NCBI GenBank assembly: GCA_951406725.2
Contig: OX597840.1
Location: forward strand, 18,600,001 to 18,664,000
DNA length: 64,000 bases
Origin: Octopus vulgaris
Lineage: Eukaryota
Direction of reading: 5' to 3'
The notes below the pieces were generated by a model that was not told the origin of the DNA, did no database searches, and worked only from the letters and a program-made list of their open reading frames with translations. The position numbers were made by a program, and so were the translations under genes. This document shows, one piece after another, positions 38,731 through 52,296 of this stretch. Position 1 is the first letter of the stretch, and every line of letters starts with the position of its first letter.

Positions 38731-39605
38731 CACACACACAAACACAAACACATATAATGGGCATATTGGATTTCCTTTGATCATAGCTCTGTTCAGCTCG
38801 ATCAAGGCTGACCAAGTGCTAAACAATAACAAAAAAAAAAAAAGCCTGCAAAGAACATACAAAAGAAAAAAAAAACCGAAAGACAACAGCAAAAGGGATT
38901 TTGCCCTGAAGTTGTTTAATTTGGGTAAATTTTAAAACTATAAGGGTTAGAGGTGGGGGGTGGGGCAGTTGGTAGGGTTGGTCACTAAAATAATTTTTTG
39001 TTGTGGAGGGGGAGGAAGAGGCATGGGGGTGGTGGAGGGGGCACAGGCTAAAAAATGAATAAATTAATTTGGGGACGGGGAGGAAAAAAATGATTTTTTT
39101 TTTATAATTTAGAAAAAAAGTTTCGTTTTTCTTTGTCAGTTCTCTAAAACTTTGTTATAAATTATTGCTTTAATAAAAGCTGTCCATTTTTTTTTTATAA
39201 AACAACAAAAAAATTAATACTATTATTATTACATTTGGTCATAATAATAATAATAATAATTATAATAAAAACTTCTGATTTAGGCACAAGGCCAGCAATT
39301 TTTGAGAGGGGACAGAAAGAGAGTGTTAGTTGATAGTATCGACTCCCTCAGCATCTGAATGATGCTTTAATTTAATCGACCCCAGAAGGATGAAAGGCAA
39401 AAGTTGGCCTTAGCAAGAATTGAAATCAGAAAGTGATGAGATGGAACAAATACCACAGAGTATTTGACCCCCCACCGACACAAACAATTCTGCCAGTTAA
39501 CCACCGCAATAATAATAATAATAATAAATAATTTACTAGTGTGAAACCAGGTAAATATAGTTTTTTTTTTTGTCATCATCATCATCATCAGCTGTTATCA
39601 TCATA

Positions 39606-39810
39606 TACTCTTTACTCTCTTTTACTTGTTTCAGTCATTTGACTGCGGCCATGCTGGAGCACTGCCTTTAATCGAGCAATTCGATGCTGGGACTTATTCT
39701 TTGTAAGCCCAGTACTTATTCTATCGGTCTCTTTTTGCCGAACCGCTAAGTGACGGGGACATAAACGCACCAGCATCGGTTGTCAAGCAATGCTAGGGGG
39801 ACAAACACAG

Positions 39811-39863
<53 letters not shown>

Positions 39864-41592
39864 TACGACGGGCTTCTTTCAGTTTCCGTCTACCAAATCC
39901 ACTCACAAGGCATTGGTCGGCCCGAGGCTATAGTAGAAGGCACTCGCTCAAGGTGCCACGCAGTGGGAATGAACCCAGAACCATGTGGTTGGTTAGCAAG
40001 CTACTTACCACACAGCCACTCCTGCGCTATGTTATTTTTCTTTTTATTCCCCACCCATCCCTTTGTAGCGATAAGTCTAGCTGAGCCAAGTGACTTGGCC
40101 CTCAGAATATGACAGGGATTGAACCACTGCTACTAGTGCATTGTTGGTTACGACAACAAGGGTTCCAGCTGATCCGATCAATGGAAAAGCCTGCTCATGA
40201 AATTAACATGCAAGTGGCTGAGTACTCCACAGATACACGTACCCTTAACATCTCTGGGAGATTCAGCATGACACAGAATGTGACAAGTCTGGCTCCTCGA
40301 AATACAGGTACTACTCATTTTTGCCAGCTGAGTGGACTGGAGCAAGGTGAAGTAAAGTGTCTTGCTCAAGGACACAACACGTTGCCTGGAATTGAACTCC
40401 CGACCTTACAATTAATTAGTACCACTGGTAAAATCCCATGAAAATGTGTATTTTTTTTTTTACTTGTTTCAGTCATTTTGACTGCGGCCACGCTGGAGCA
40501 CCGCCTTTAATCGAGCAACTCGACCCCGGGACTTATTCTTTTTTGTAAGCCCAGTACTTATTCTATCGGTCTCTTTTGCCAAACTGCTAAGTGACGGGGA
40601 CATAAACACACCAGCATCGGTTGTCAAGCAATGCTAAGGGGACAAACACAGACACATACATATATATATATATATATACATATATACGATGGGCTTCTTT
40701 CAGTTTCCATCTACCAAATCCACTCACAAGGCTTTGGTCGGCCCGAGGCTATAGTAGAAGGCACTTGCCCAAAGTGCCACGCAGTGGGAATGAACCCAGA
40801 ACCATGTGGTTGGTAAGCAAGCTACTTACCACACAGCCACTCCTGCGCTATGTTATTTTTCTTTTTATTCCCCACCCATCCCTTTGTAGCGATAAGTCTA
40901 GCTGAGCCAAGTGACTTGGCCCTCAGAATATGACAGGGATTGAACCACTGCTACTAGTGCATTGTTGGTTACGACAACAAGGGTTCCAGCTGATCCGATC
41001 AATGGAAAAGCCTGCTCATGAAATTAACATGCAAGTGGCTGAGTACTCCACAGATACACGTACCCTTAACATCTCTGGGAGATTCAGCATGACACAGAAT
41101 GTGACAAGTCTGGCTCCTCGAAATACAGGTACTACTCATTTTTGCCAGCTGAGTGGACTGGAGTAAGGTGAAGTAAAGTGTCTTGCTCAAGGACACAACA
41201 CGTTGCCTGGAATTGAACTCCCGACCTTACAATTAATTAGTACCACTGGTAAAATCCCATGAAAATGTGTATTTTTTTTTTTTACTTGTTTCAGTCATTT
41301 TGACTGCGGCCATGCTGGAGCACCGCCTTTAATCGAGCAACTCGACCCCGGGACTTATTCTTTTTTGTAAGCCCAGTACTTCTATCGGTCTCTTTTGCCA
41401 AACTGCTAAGTGACGGGGACATAAATACACCAGCATCGGTTGTCAAACAATGCTAGGGGAACAAACACAGACACATACATATATATACATATATATATGA
41501 CGGTCTTCTTTCAGTTTCCGTCTACCAAATCCACTCACAAGGCTTTGGTAGGCCCGAGGCTATAGCAGAAGACACTTGCCCAAGGTGCCACA
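39606..41592. repeat. 821-bp-period tandem duplication built from three family-A SINEs and two spacer/SINE-D units
   Basis: 40021-40460 is almost identical to 40842-41283 (ORF track repeats at 40109 and 40930). Confidence 0.92.
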
Positions 41593-41659
41593 TACGTATA
41601 TATGTGTGTGTATCTTTTACTTGTTTCAGTTACTGGACAGCAGCCATGCTGGGACACCA

Positions 41660-42900
41660 CCTTGAAAGCCAGTAATTTTAGAGGAAGGGGTAAGTTGATT
41701 ACGAGAACTCCAGTACTCAACTGGTACTTATTTCACTGACCCTTTTAGGGTCAGTGAAATATAAAAAGCAAAGGATAAAAAGCAAAGTCGACCTTGGTGG
41801 GATTTGAACTCAGAACATAAAGATGGACGAAATGCTAAGCATTTTGACTGTCACGGTAACAATTCTGTCAGCTGACCTCCTTAATAATAATCCTTTCTAC
41901 TAAAGGCACAACGCCTGAAATTTTTGCGGAGAGGGGGGGGGGCTAGTCGATTACATTGACCTCAGTATACAACTGGTACTTATTGACCCTGAAAGGATGA
42001 AAGGCAAAGTCGACCTTGGTGGAATTTGAACTCAGAACATGAAGATTGGACAAAATGCTGCTAAGCATTTCGCCCGGTGTGCTAACGATTCTGCCAGTTC
42101 GTTGCCTTGACGATATTAATAATAACCCTTCCTACTAAAGGCACAAGACCTTAAATTTGATGGGAGAGGGCTAGTCGATTATATTGACCCCAGTGTTTCA
42201 CTGGTATTTAATTTATTGACCCCAAAAATATGAAAGGCAAAGTTGACCCCAGCAGAACTTGAACTCAGAATGTAAAAATGGATGAGATGCCACTAAGCAT
42301 TTCTCCCGGTGTGCTAACAATTCTGCCAGCTTGCTGACTTAATAATCCTCTCTTCTAATGGTACAAGGCCTGAAATTGAGATGGGGAGGATAATTAATTA
42401 CTTCGACCCCAATACTCAACTGGTACTTGTTTTATCAATCCAAAAAGATGAAATGCTAAGTCTACCTCGGCAGCATTAGAACTAATAATAATAATAATCT
42501 TTTCTACTGGAAGCGCAAGACCCTGAATTTGGGGGAAAAGATTAAGTCGATTACATCGACCCCTGTGTGTAACTGGTACTTATTTAATCGACCCTGTAAG
42601 GATGAAAGGTAAAGTTGACCTCAGCAGAATTTGAACTCGTAACATAGTGGTAGACGAAATACTGCTAAGCATTTCACCCAGTGTGCTAACGATTTTGCCA
42701 GCTCAGCACCTTAATAATAAAAATAATAATCATTCTTTCTAATATAAGCACAAGGCCTGAGATTTGGGGAGTGGGGGCTAGTCAATTACATTGACCCTAA
42801 AGGGATGAAGGGCAAAGTTCATCTCAGTGGCATTTGAACTCAGAAGGTTAAGTCAAAAGAAATGCTGTGAAGCAATTTGTTCAATGTGGTAACACAGCTG
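41660..42900 (-). mobile_element. Head-to-tail array of SINE family B copies
   Basis: Repeated GGATGAAAGGCAAAGTCGACC..AATTTGAACTCAGAA units separated by (AAT)n. Confidence 0.85.
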
Positions 42901-43399
42901 CCAACTGGTTTCAGCTGGTTAGATTGGGGCAAGATGGTGAGAGGGAACCCTGCACAGAGCAGAATGAGACTAATAGAGTTAGCTGACCAAACTGGGGGCA
43001 TGTTGGGCAAGAGGTGGTTTAGGGGGGAAAGCACAATGAGACTAGTAAATTCAACTTGTTAGATTGGGCCATATTAGTGAGTGGAAAACCTAGGTGGCAC
43101 TAGAGTGAGACCAACAGAACTGACTGGTCATACTGGAGCATGTTGGTTGAGCAAGCAATGACTCCAGGGTATCCTGTTTTATTGGGGGTAGGCAGGTAAT
43201 GAACTGGGATAGCAAACAATCCTACCACAGTCAGCTGCTATCAATGTCTTGACTTTGGCTGGAAATATTCAGAGCTTTATTGCATAAATATAAGACCCTA
43301 GGGTTAAGGATTAATCTGAAACTTGCAGCATTCATACTGTTCCCACAAAAAAAAAAAAATTCTAGTACTGTACAGTTGTCTGAAGCTGTTCCAAGCAAG

Positions 43400-43697
43400 T
43401 TATGATCATTCCCTTGTCCTTGGTGTTCAGGGAGGTCTTAGAAGGTGGGGGCTCCTTGATTATCCCCAGAGGTCATCCTGTATCAGGAGGACCACATCTC
43501 TACCATCCACCCCACTTGTTTTTGGTTAGCCTTTGTACACTAGATATATTTCCCTTTTTATTGTATATCGTCTACACTTTTTTTTTTATTATATTCATTT
43601 ATTTTATCATTTCATTATCTATAAACCTCCACACTGTTTTGTATTGCCCCCTCCTCCTTTGCCCTGGTGGCAAATAAATGAAATTATTATTATTATT
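43400..43697 (+). mobile_element. Probable Tx1-like LINE 3'-UTR fragment
   Basis: T-rich segment ending TTGCCCCCTC..GCCCTGGTGGCAAATAAATGAAA(TTA)n, similar in layout to 32380-32426. Confidence 0.5.
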
Positions 43698-44299
43698 AAA
43701 CAGATTGTACAGTTACAAATCCGTTTAGAGTTTATTAAGGGCCTGTAGACAACCAGATGAGGGCCATAGTTGTAAAAAATAAGAATTTATTAAAGAAAAA
43801 AAAAAGGCACAAAGCTTAAAATAGGCAAGTGGCATGGAGGAACTTGCCCCAGAATGGGGACAATCTAAAGAATAGATGTTAGTGGAGAAGGCATGAAGTT
43901 CACCTAGCCTGGAGGTCCGGAGTGTTAGGTTCAATATTCACCTAGCCTTTGCACTTATCAACAATGGCCAGTACAAAGCCATAGACAGGAAATGTGATGT
44001 GGTGATGTTTATGCATGCATCACCTGTCCATGCAAGACATTGGAGTTTACATTTTACTTGCCACAATAGCACCAATGATTAACGAGCTGACCAATGAGAG
44101 AATCTCTGGGTGGTCACCTGAGCTGCAAGAAATTGCTAAATTTCAAATCACATCCTCTTACCTTAAAAAAAAAAAGGGAACATATTGGATAATATACTCT
44201 TGGATATACTATTAGTGGGACGAAAAGACAGGATGGTCATGGTTGGAGTGTCTTGCTCTACAGCTCTACTAAGTAATAGCTGATATAAGATCAACAGAG

Positions 44300-45150
44300 G
44301 CATAAGGCCACAATTTGTGAGAGTAGGAGGGTGGGTAAGGGGTAGTCAATTAAATTGCCCTTGGAGGGATGAAAGGCAAGGCTGACTTTGGTGGGATTTG
44401 AACTAGGAATGCAAAGAGCTATAACTAAACACCACAAGGCATTTTGTCTGACGCTCTAACGATTTTAGTACCAACAAACAACAAAAGTTTTAAATTATGG
44501 CACAAGGCCAGTAGTTTAAGCTAGAGGAGTCAGTCAATTACATCAACCCCAGTACGTAACTGGTACTTATTTCATCAACGCCCAAAAAGATGAAAGGCAA
44601 AGTTGACCATGGCAGAGTTTGAACTCAGTATGTAAAGAATTGGAAGAAATACAACAAAGCATTTTGTTGGACGCACCACTAGTCTGTTAGCTTAGCACCC
44701 CAATAATTCTTTCTACGATGGGGCACAAGGCCTGAAATTTCAGGGGAGGTGGGGGCCAGTTAATTAGATCAATCCCCCACCCATCCACCCACCAATATGC
44801 AACTGGTATTTAATTTATCAACCCTGAAAGGACGAAAAGTGAAGTCGACCATGGCAGAATTTGAACTCAGAACGTAGCAACAGACAAAATACTGCTAAGC
44901 ATGTTAACGATTCTGCCAGCTCACCACCTTAATAATAATGGTTTCAAATTTTGGTACATGACCTGAAATTTCGGTGGGAGGGGTTAAGTCGATTACATAA
45001 AAAAAAACCCCAAAAAAAAACCACTACTTATTTTATCGCCCCCGAAAGGATGAAAGGAAAAGTTGACCTCGGTGGAATTTGAACTCAGAACGTGAAGATG
45101 AACAAAATGCTGCTAAACAATTTGCTTGGCATGCTAACAATTCTACAAAC
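44300..45150 (-). mobile_element. Array of SINE family B copies
   Basis: Same unit as 41660-42900, about 4 copies. Confidence 0.82.
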
Positions 45151-45208
45151 CAAATAATTAGAAATTAACTTAGGCAGGTAGTTTACCGATTCCAACAGCT
45201 CTGTTGCT

Positions 45209-45637
45209 TTAACTCTTTAGCATTTAAACTGGCCATATTGGGCTCAAATATTCTAGTTTTATGTTGAACCTGATCAAATTTGGCCTCTCACACCTACCCT
45301 ACAATGTCATTCTAAAACTATACAATCAGATCATCAAAATCTTGAAGCTATGAGATAATGTACGATTAATCCAAAACAATGAGAATAAAGATTACATTTG
45401 ACAGGATAATCTGAGTACTAAAGGGTTAAACCAGCCATATTAGCCCCAAATACTCTCCCTGTTTTGTGTTCAAACCAACCAGATCTTGCCTCTCACACCT
45501 ACTCAACAATGTTATTCTAAAGAGAAACAATCACATCATTGAAATTTCAAAGCTCTAAGACAACGCAGGATTAAATCAAAACAACGCGAATAAATAAACA
45601 TTACAGTTGACAAAATAATCTAAAAGCTAAAGGGTTT
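45209..45637. mobile_element. piggyBac-type MITE, two adjacent copies
   Basis: Ends TTAAC(T/C)CTTTAGCATT and CTAAAGGGTTAA; same family at 51700-51840 and 63516-63932. Confidence 0.7.
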
Positions 45638-47574
45638 AAGAAATTATTATTATTATTATATTCTAGCTCTGTGTTCTGAGTTCAAATGCAGTTGAGGTCA
45701 GCTTTGCTTCTCATCCATTTGGAATCAATAAAATAAGGTCCCAGTCAAGCACTAGGGTCAATGGTATTCACAAACACTGTCCCCTCAAAATTGCAGACCT
45801 CACACCTTGAGATCAACCTTAGCCTTTCATACTTGCAGGGTCAATTTAAATAAGTACCAGTTGAGCACTGAGGTCGATGTCATTAGTTAGACTTGACCGC
45901 AAAAGTCCATGTCTCATGCCTAAAGAGGATTATTATTATTATTATTAGAATTCCTGCAATACTTGAGCTTTTTATATTTTGAGTTTAAAACCTGTAGAGA
46001 CCCACTTTGCCATTAATCCTCACAGGGCTGAAAAAATAACGTACCAGTTAAATACTAGGGATAATAGTAACAACTGCTTCCAGCCTTCAAGATTGATTGC
46101 CTTGAATCAAAGTCAGACAACTAGGGGGCATGGCCTAGAGGTTAGGGTGTTGTACTCACGATTGTGAGATCAGGGTTTCAATTCCTAGACTGTGTGGGGT
46201 GTTCCGTTCTTGAGCAAAACACTTCATCTTGCATTGCTCTGCAATCACTAACACCTGACACATGGTACACTGCACCTGTACAGACGATTCGATGGAGAGA
46301 GTGAGCTAATGTGCAGCACATACATTTGATCATTATAAACAAACCATTTGCACAGGCCGTTCAGCAAAAACTGAACACCCACACAGTCTCCAGAGGGACA
46401 GGCCATCATCATTATTATTATTGTTATTACTGTATCAGTAATGGTTGTCGCTTACCTTGATGCAAGGCTGGCAATTCTGAAGGCTGGAAGCAGTCATTAC
46501 CATTCTCTCCTATTCCTATTATTTATTTTTAAGGCAGTGAGCTGGCAGAACCGTTAGCAGGCTGGATAAAACGCTTGGCAGCATTTCTTCAAGCTTTACA
46601 TTCGGTGTTCAAATTCTGGAGGAGAACAAACACAGACACACACTCATATATGTATGAGCTTCCTTCAGTTTCCGTCTACCAAATCCACTCACAAGGCTTT
46701 GGTCGGCCCAAGGCTATAGTAGAAGGCACTTGCCAAAGGTGCCACGTAGTGGGACTGAACCCGGAACCTTGTGGTTGGGAAGCAAACTTCTTACCACATT
46801 GCCATGCCCATGCCATTTCTGAAGGTTTGCAATGGCAATTTCTGGGAGAACATTCTTCAGTGAGTGGAAACATGAACTGTGTAAACTGTTGTATTTTGCA
46901 ATAAATACATCTAAAGCAAATCTTTTCATTAACCCCTAAAATGGACCCCCAAGAATCTTATGCCTCCCATTGAGAACCACAAATTAGACAACTTTTAGGG
47001 AATAGAAAGGGGCAGTTGATTACACTAGACTAGAACTTGATTCTTTTAATCCCAGAGAGAAAAAGTTGAACACAGCAGAATTTGAACCCAGAACTTAAAA
47101 CCTCAGTAATAACCCTGCAAAGAATTTTGTATGTAGGACTGGAGTTTGTATCTATATATTTCTACCATAGTTTTCTCTCTTTAGTAGTCTCAGCGGTGTC
47201 CAAAAACGTCTTGAGGGCACGTTTGCTTTGCGAGCCTTTCATTGTGTCTTTGCTATTGCAGTTTTAGATTTCAAGGAATTTTTTCTTTGTAGAATCTATA
47301 ACTTTCGTATATATACACACACATCCCTGACAACAGCAATAAAGATTTCTGATTGAGTCTCAAAAAAGCCAGTAACTTTGAGGGAAGGGAGCCAGTTGAT
47401 TCTAGCTACCCTCTAATATTTGATTAGGACTTTTAGGATTTGAACTAAGAATGTAAAGACTGGGGCTCAAGTCAACCGGCCCCAGGAATGATAAAGGACC
47501 AGGAAAACAAACACAGCAGAGGATTCAGACCAATGCCTGAGTGGTTCTGCCAACCTCCATAATATTGTAGTTAT

Positions 47575-48895
47575 AATAATAAGATTTCAAATTTTGGCAT
47601 AAGGCCAGCAATTTTTTTTTTCGGGGGGGGGGGGGGGGTCGTTTACATCAACCCCAGTGCTCAACTGGTACTTATTTTATTGACCCCAAAAAGATGAAAA
47701 GGTCAAGTCGACATTGGTGGAATTTGAACACTAAATGCTACTAAGCATTTTACCCAGAGTGTTAACATCTCTGCCACCTCACCGCCTTAATAATAATAAT
47801 AGTAATAATAACAACAACAATAATAATCCTTTCTACAATAAGCACAAGGCCAGCAATCTTGGGGGAGGATACTAGTCGATTACATCGACCCCAGTATTTC
47901 CCTGGTACTTAATTTATCAAGCCCGAAAGGTTAAAAGGCAATAGTTGACCTCGGCAAAATTTGAACTCAGAATGTGAAGACTGACAAAAATACTGCTAAG
48001 CATTTTGCCTGGTGTGCTAATGACCCTACCAGCTTGCCACCTTAATAACAATAATCCTTTCTACTATAGACACAAGGCCTGTAATTTGGGGGAGGGGAAC
48101 AGTCAATTAATTACATTGACCCCAAAAGGATGAAAGGCAAAGTTGACTTCAGCAGAATTTGAACCCAGAACATAGCAGCAGACAAAAATACTGCTAAGCA
48201 TTTGTCCAACGTGCCAACAATTTTAACAGCTTGCCACCTTAATAATAACAACAATAATAACCCTTTCTATTATCGGCACAAGGTCTGAAATTTTGTGGGA
48301 GGGTTTTAGAGGATTACAGTGAAGCTAGTTTTCAACTGGTACTTTAACCCTGAGAGGATGAAAAACAAAGAGGACTTTGGTGCAATTTGAACTAAAAAAA
48401 AACAAAAAAAAACAAAAAAAAAAAACCAGACGAAATACCTATTTCTTTACTACCCACAAGGGGCTAAACAAGGACAAACGGATTAAGTCGATTACATCGA
48501 CCCCCCCCCCATGCGTAACTGGTACTTAATCTATTGACCCCGAATGTATGAAAGGCAAAGTCGACCTTGGTAGAATTTGAACTCAGAACATAGAGGCAGA
48601 TGAAATACGGCTACGCATTTCACCCGGCGTGCTAACGATTTCGCCCAGCGTGCTAACGATTCTGCCAGCTCGCCAGAAGAAATACCACAAACCATTTTTT
48701 TTTGCCACTAACAAAATTCTGCCAGTTCAAAGCCTTAATAATAATTTTGGCACAAGGCCAGCAATTTCAGAGTAGGGATAAGCTGATTACTTCAATCCCA
48801 GTGTTCAACTGGGAATTATTTTATCGACCCCGAACGAATAAAAAGCAAAGTCAACCGCGATATGTTAACAATTCGGCCAGCTTGCCACCATCTTA
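47575..48895 (-). mobile_element. Array of SINE family B copies, including a nested Tx1-tailed copy (48440-48674)
   Basis: Repeated unit; nested copy flanked by GAAATACC (48432-48439, 48679-48686). Confidence 0.82.
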
Positions 48896-49077
48896 ATAAT
48901 AATGATAATACTAATAATTATGATGACGATGATGATAGTGTTGATGATGACGATAACTTACGATAGATTCTTTAACTGTCAATTCATATACTGCATTAAT
49001 TGTTAATCTATTATTAATTTGTTTTTTTCTTTCTTTCTTTTAATTGCTTGTAGACATCAACAAGTGGTTTCCAATTG

Positions 49078-50612
49078 CTATACTGAGGTGACGTGTGGAG
49101 CAGCCAGCATAGCTGAAGACTCGTCAACAGGTCTTGTTGGAGAGGAAGAAGGGATCCAGTGAATGAAAGCACCTTTATGGGGGTCGGAACATGTGGTACC
49201 GACGCTGTGGAAAGGCTGGATACAGCACACGGTACGTGGATTCAAGCTGCCGTCAAACATTCCATCGGTGGCCTTGACTAGAGGCGTGGCTGTGTCATTG
49301 ACTATCGAGGTAGTGGGAACCGATTCTGGTCGACTGAGGTTGATGCTGCTAGAAGGGGGACAGTTACTGGGGTCAGTATTAGTGTTACTGTTGTGTTGAC
49401 ACCTGTTGGTGTTTGTGTTAACGACGTTGTGACAGGCGTTGGTGTTTGTGTCACTGCTGTTGTGACAAACTTCGGTGTTACAGTGACTGGTGTTGGGGTC
49501 AATGTTATGACAGACGGTCCCAGGACAGATGTTGATGTTGCTGCCGCTGTCTAAATTCGAACAGTTGTCTTGGCAATTACTATTAGAAGACAATACATTG
49601 GTATCATTACAGATGATAAAAGTATCTGTGCTACCACCACCGACAACAGCAGCAGCATCTGCAGAGATATTGCTGCTGTCGGTGCAGCTGCTGACGCTTG
49701 CCGTCGAAAGAGTTGTGTTGTTGCTGTGAGAGAGATCGGCAGGCGTTGGTATGACGACAGGCACCACAGTGGCAGAGTTCAGTTTGGACTTCAGTTCTCT
49801 CATGAAGCTGACAGTGCAGTTGGACAGGGACAGAGAGAGCCCCGGGATGAGGGCTGCCGGGATCGCTCCTGCTGTTGGTAACACACCGCCTGAAGGCAAG
49901 AGGGCAGTGACCACACCGATGTTGTTGCTGACTGGGGTGGCACCGTCTGCCACCACTGCTGCTGCTGGGGTAGCAGTACCACTGTTGGGGAAACCTTGAT
50001 GGCCAGCTGCAGCAGGGGCGGGGACAACTGGCAGCGTGACGGTGGACAAAGTAGGAGGAGTAGGATCTGTGTTGTTGGTGGCTGGCAGTGAAGGCAAAGA
50101 TGGAACAGCAGCAGAGATGGCGGTGGAGGAGGTAGATGGTGGCACAGGGGGTGCCATGGGTGAAAGATCTGAGAGAGTGTTTGTAGAGACAACTGGGGGT
50201 GAAGGAGCAGCGTTCAACAATGGCTGAGGGAGGAACGGAGCCCCAGTTGCTATGGAGATCGACAAGGGTGCGGAAGCTGATGGGATAGCTATATTCTGTG
50301 GCTGCTGCTGTTGCTGTGGTTGATGATGCTGATGATGTTCTTGACTGGAAAGCAGCACGGCGCTGGGGGCAGCGAGCACGGTTGGTGTAGTAGTAATAGC
50401 AGAGGTGTCGGTGGGAGGAGGAGGAGGAGTGGTGGGAGGAGGGACAGGGAGAGAAGGCTGCTGCTGTTGTTGTTGTTGAAGGAGATGAGGAGAAGTGCTG
50501 TTAATTAAAGGCACTGTAGAACTGGTGATGATGTAAGGCTGGACCGTGAGGGATTGCTGACCGTTGTCTTCTGCGGTGTCAGGAGACAGCTGGACAAGTT
50601 CAACACTTAGAC
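49078..50612 (-). CDS. MTF1: MTF1 probable terminal coding exon (Q/P/S/T-rich, Cys-His-Asn repeats)
   Basis: Polypyrimidine tract plus CAG acceptor at 50615-50613; phase fits the upstream exon; open for 511 codons to TAG at 49080-49078; higher GC than flanks. Confidence 0.82.
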
Positions 50613-50709
50613 CTGATCAAAGAGAAAAAAAAGAGAAAAAAAAAATTAAAAAACAAACAAACACTACACACATACAAATAAAATAAAAAATAAGCCATGA
50701 AGTGGGAGT

Positions 50710-51122
50710 GGCGCAGAAGTGGCTGTGTGGTAAGTAGCTTGTTTACCAACCACATGGTTCCGGGTTCAGTCCCACTGCGTGGCATCTTAGGCAAGTGTCT
50801 TCTACTATAGCCTCGGGCCAACCAAAGCCTTGTGAGTGGATTTGGTAGACGGAAACTGAAAGAAGCCCGTCGTATATATGTATATATATGCGTGTGCGTG
50901 TTTGTGTATCTGTGTTTGTCCTCCTAGCATTGCTTGACAACCGATGCTGGTGTGTTTATGTCCCCGTTACTTAGCGGTTCGGCAAAAGAGACCGATAGAA
51001 TAAGTACTGGGCTTACAAAAGAATAAAGCCCGGGGTCGAGTTGCTCAATTAAAGGCGGTGCTCCAGCATGGCAGCAGTCAAATGACTGAAACAAGTAAAA
51101 GAGTAAAAAGAGAGAGTAAAAG
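50710..51122 (+). mobile_element. SINE family A (intronic)
   Basis: Full copy ending (AAAAGAGT)n. Confidence 0.85.
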
Positions 51123-51845
51123 AGAAGGGAAATGATAGATTAATGGGTCTCAAACAGTGTGCCGAAGATTTTTAAGAATATAATTTAACCCCCTGTTGTA
51201 ATATTTCTGTTGAAATGTTGATAAAAATTTGCTTTTGTTTTAACTGAATTTTTAAATAAATGAAGAATTTATAGTAAAATATTTGTCATTATTAATCTGG
51301 AGTTTGAACAAATGAAAATGAATTTTGATAGGTTTTAATTTAGATCACTTTAGCCATTTAGTATAAAGTGGGACTCACAGAGGGGATGATAGGGGACCGA
51401 GACTTCTGGCGGTTTGCCATGCTTGGAAAGACTTGCCAAGCTAAGTAAAAGCTTGTTCCCAGCAACCCTCTACAGCTGAGCCTCCCTAATCTTGCCTCGT
51501 AGGGGCTGGTGCCACATAGAAAGCACTCGTGCCAGTGTTGCGTAAACGCACCCAGTACACTCTGTAAAGTGGTTGGTGTTAGGAAGGGCATCCAGCTGTA
51601 GAAACCATGCCCCGACAGACAGAGCCTGAACAGCCCTTCAGCTTCTATCAAACCGTCCAACCTATGCCAGCATGGAAAATGAATGTTAAATGATGATGAT
51701 TACTGTCAAATGAAGAGCTTATTTATTCCCATTGTTTTGAATTAATCCTGCATTATCTCAGCTTTATATTTCAAAGATATGATTGTTTATTTTTAGAATG
51801 ACATTGTAGGGTAGGTGTAAGAGGCCAGATTTTGATAGCTTGCCT

Positions 51846-51917
51846 GCTTTGATTGTGTAGTGGTTAGGATTTGATGTTGTGGCTGTGGTGATGCAGGTTC
51901 AAATCCTGATCACAGCA
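51846..51917 (+). pseudogene. tRNA-His(GTG) pseudogene
   Basis: 72 nt colinear with eukaryotic tRNA-His (GC..TGAT.GT.TAGTGGTTAG...TTGTGGC...GGTTC.AATCC..TCAC.GCA); anticodon stem broken; T-run follows. Confidence 0.72.
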
Positions 51918-52296
51918 ATCGATTTTTGCACACCGGTCTCACATTAAAAGCCCCCAGTACATGCTGCAAAGCCGTTGGCATTAGGAAGGGCCTCCAGCTG
52001 TAGAAACCAAGCCAAATCAGACTGGAACCTGGTGCAGCTCTCCAGCATGCAAGCTCTGGTCAAAGCATCCAACCCATACCAGCATGGAAAACAGATGTTA
52101 AAGGATGATGATGATGAACAAGTAGAATCTTTGGGCCAGATATGACCGGTCTGAATACTAAATGATTAAGACAAATAGTTTGCATCGTAGAATCATGGGG
52201 TGTATCACAGAACCAGGGGGGTGCTCTAAGATGTCATCAGAAATACGGTATCAAAAGAGTTAACCCTTTTCTTACCATATATCTGATGTAATACAC

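Noticed and set aside
41729-41761. Perfect 15-bp hairpin resembling a terminator
   Set aside because: Lies inside a SINE copy and is best explained as a local template-switch inversion.
42900-43262. Unique-looking segment after a minus-strand CAG
   Set aside because: All three frames close within about 26 codons; no recognisable product.
49020-49092. Plus-strand polypyrimidine tract plus TAG suggesting an antisense exon over the MTF1 stop
   Set aside because: Equally explained as the A-rich MTF1 3' UTR with an ATTAAA signal on the minus strand; no partner exons found.
49163-50508. Plus-strand ORFs opposite the MTF1 last exon
   Set aside because: Antisense shadows of a GC-rich low-complexity coding exon.
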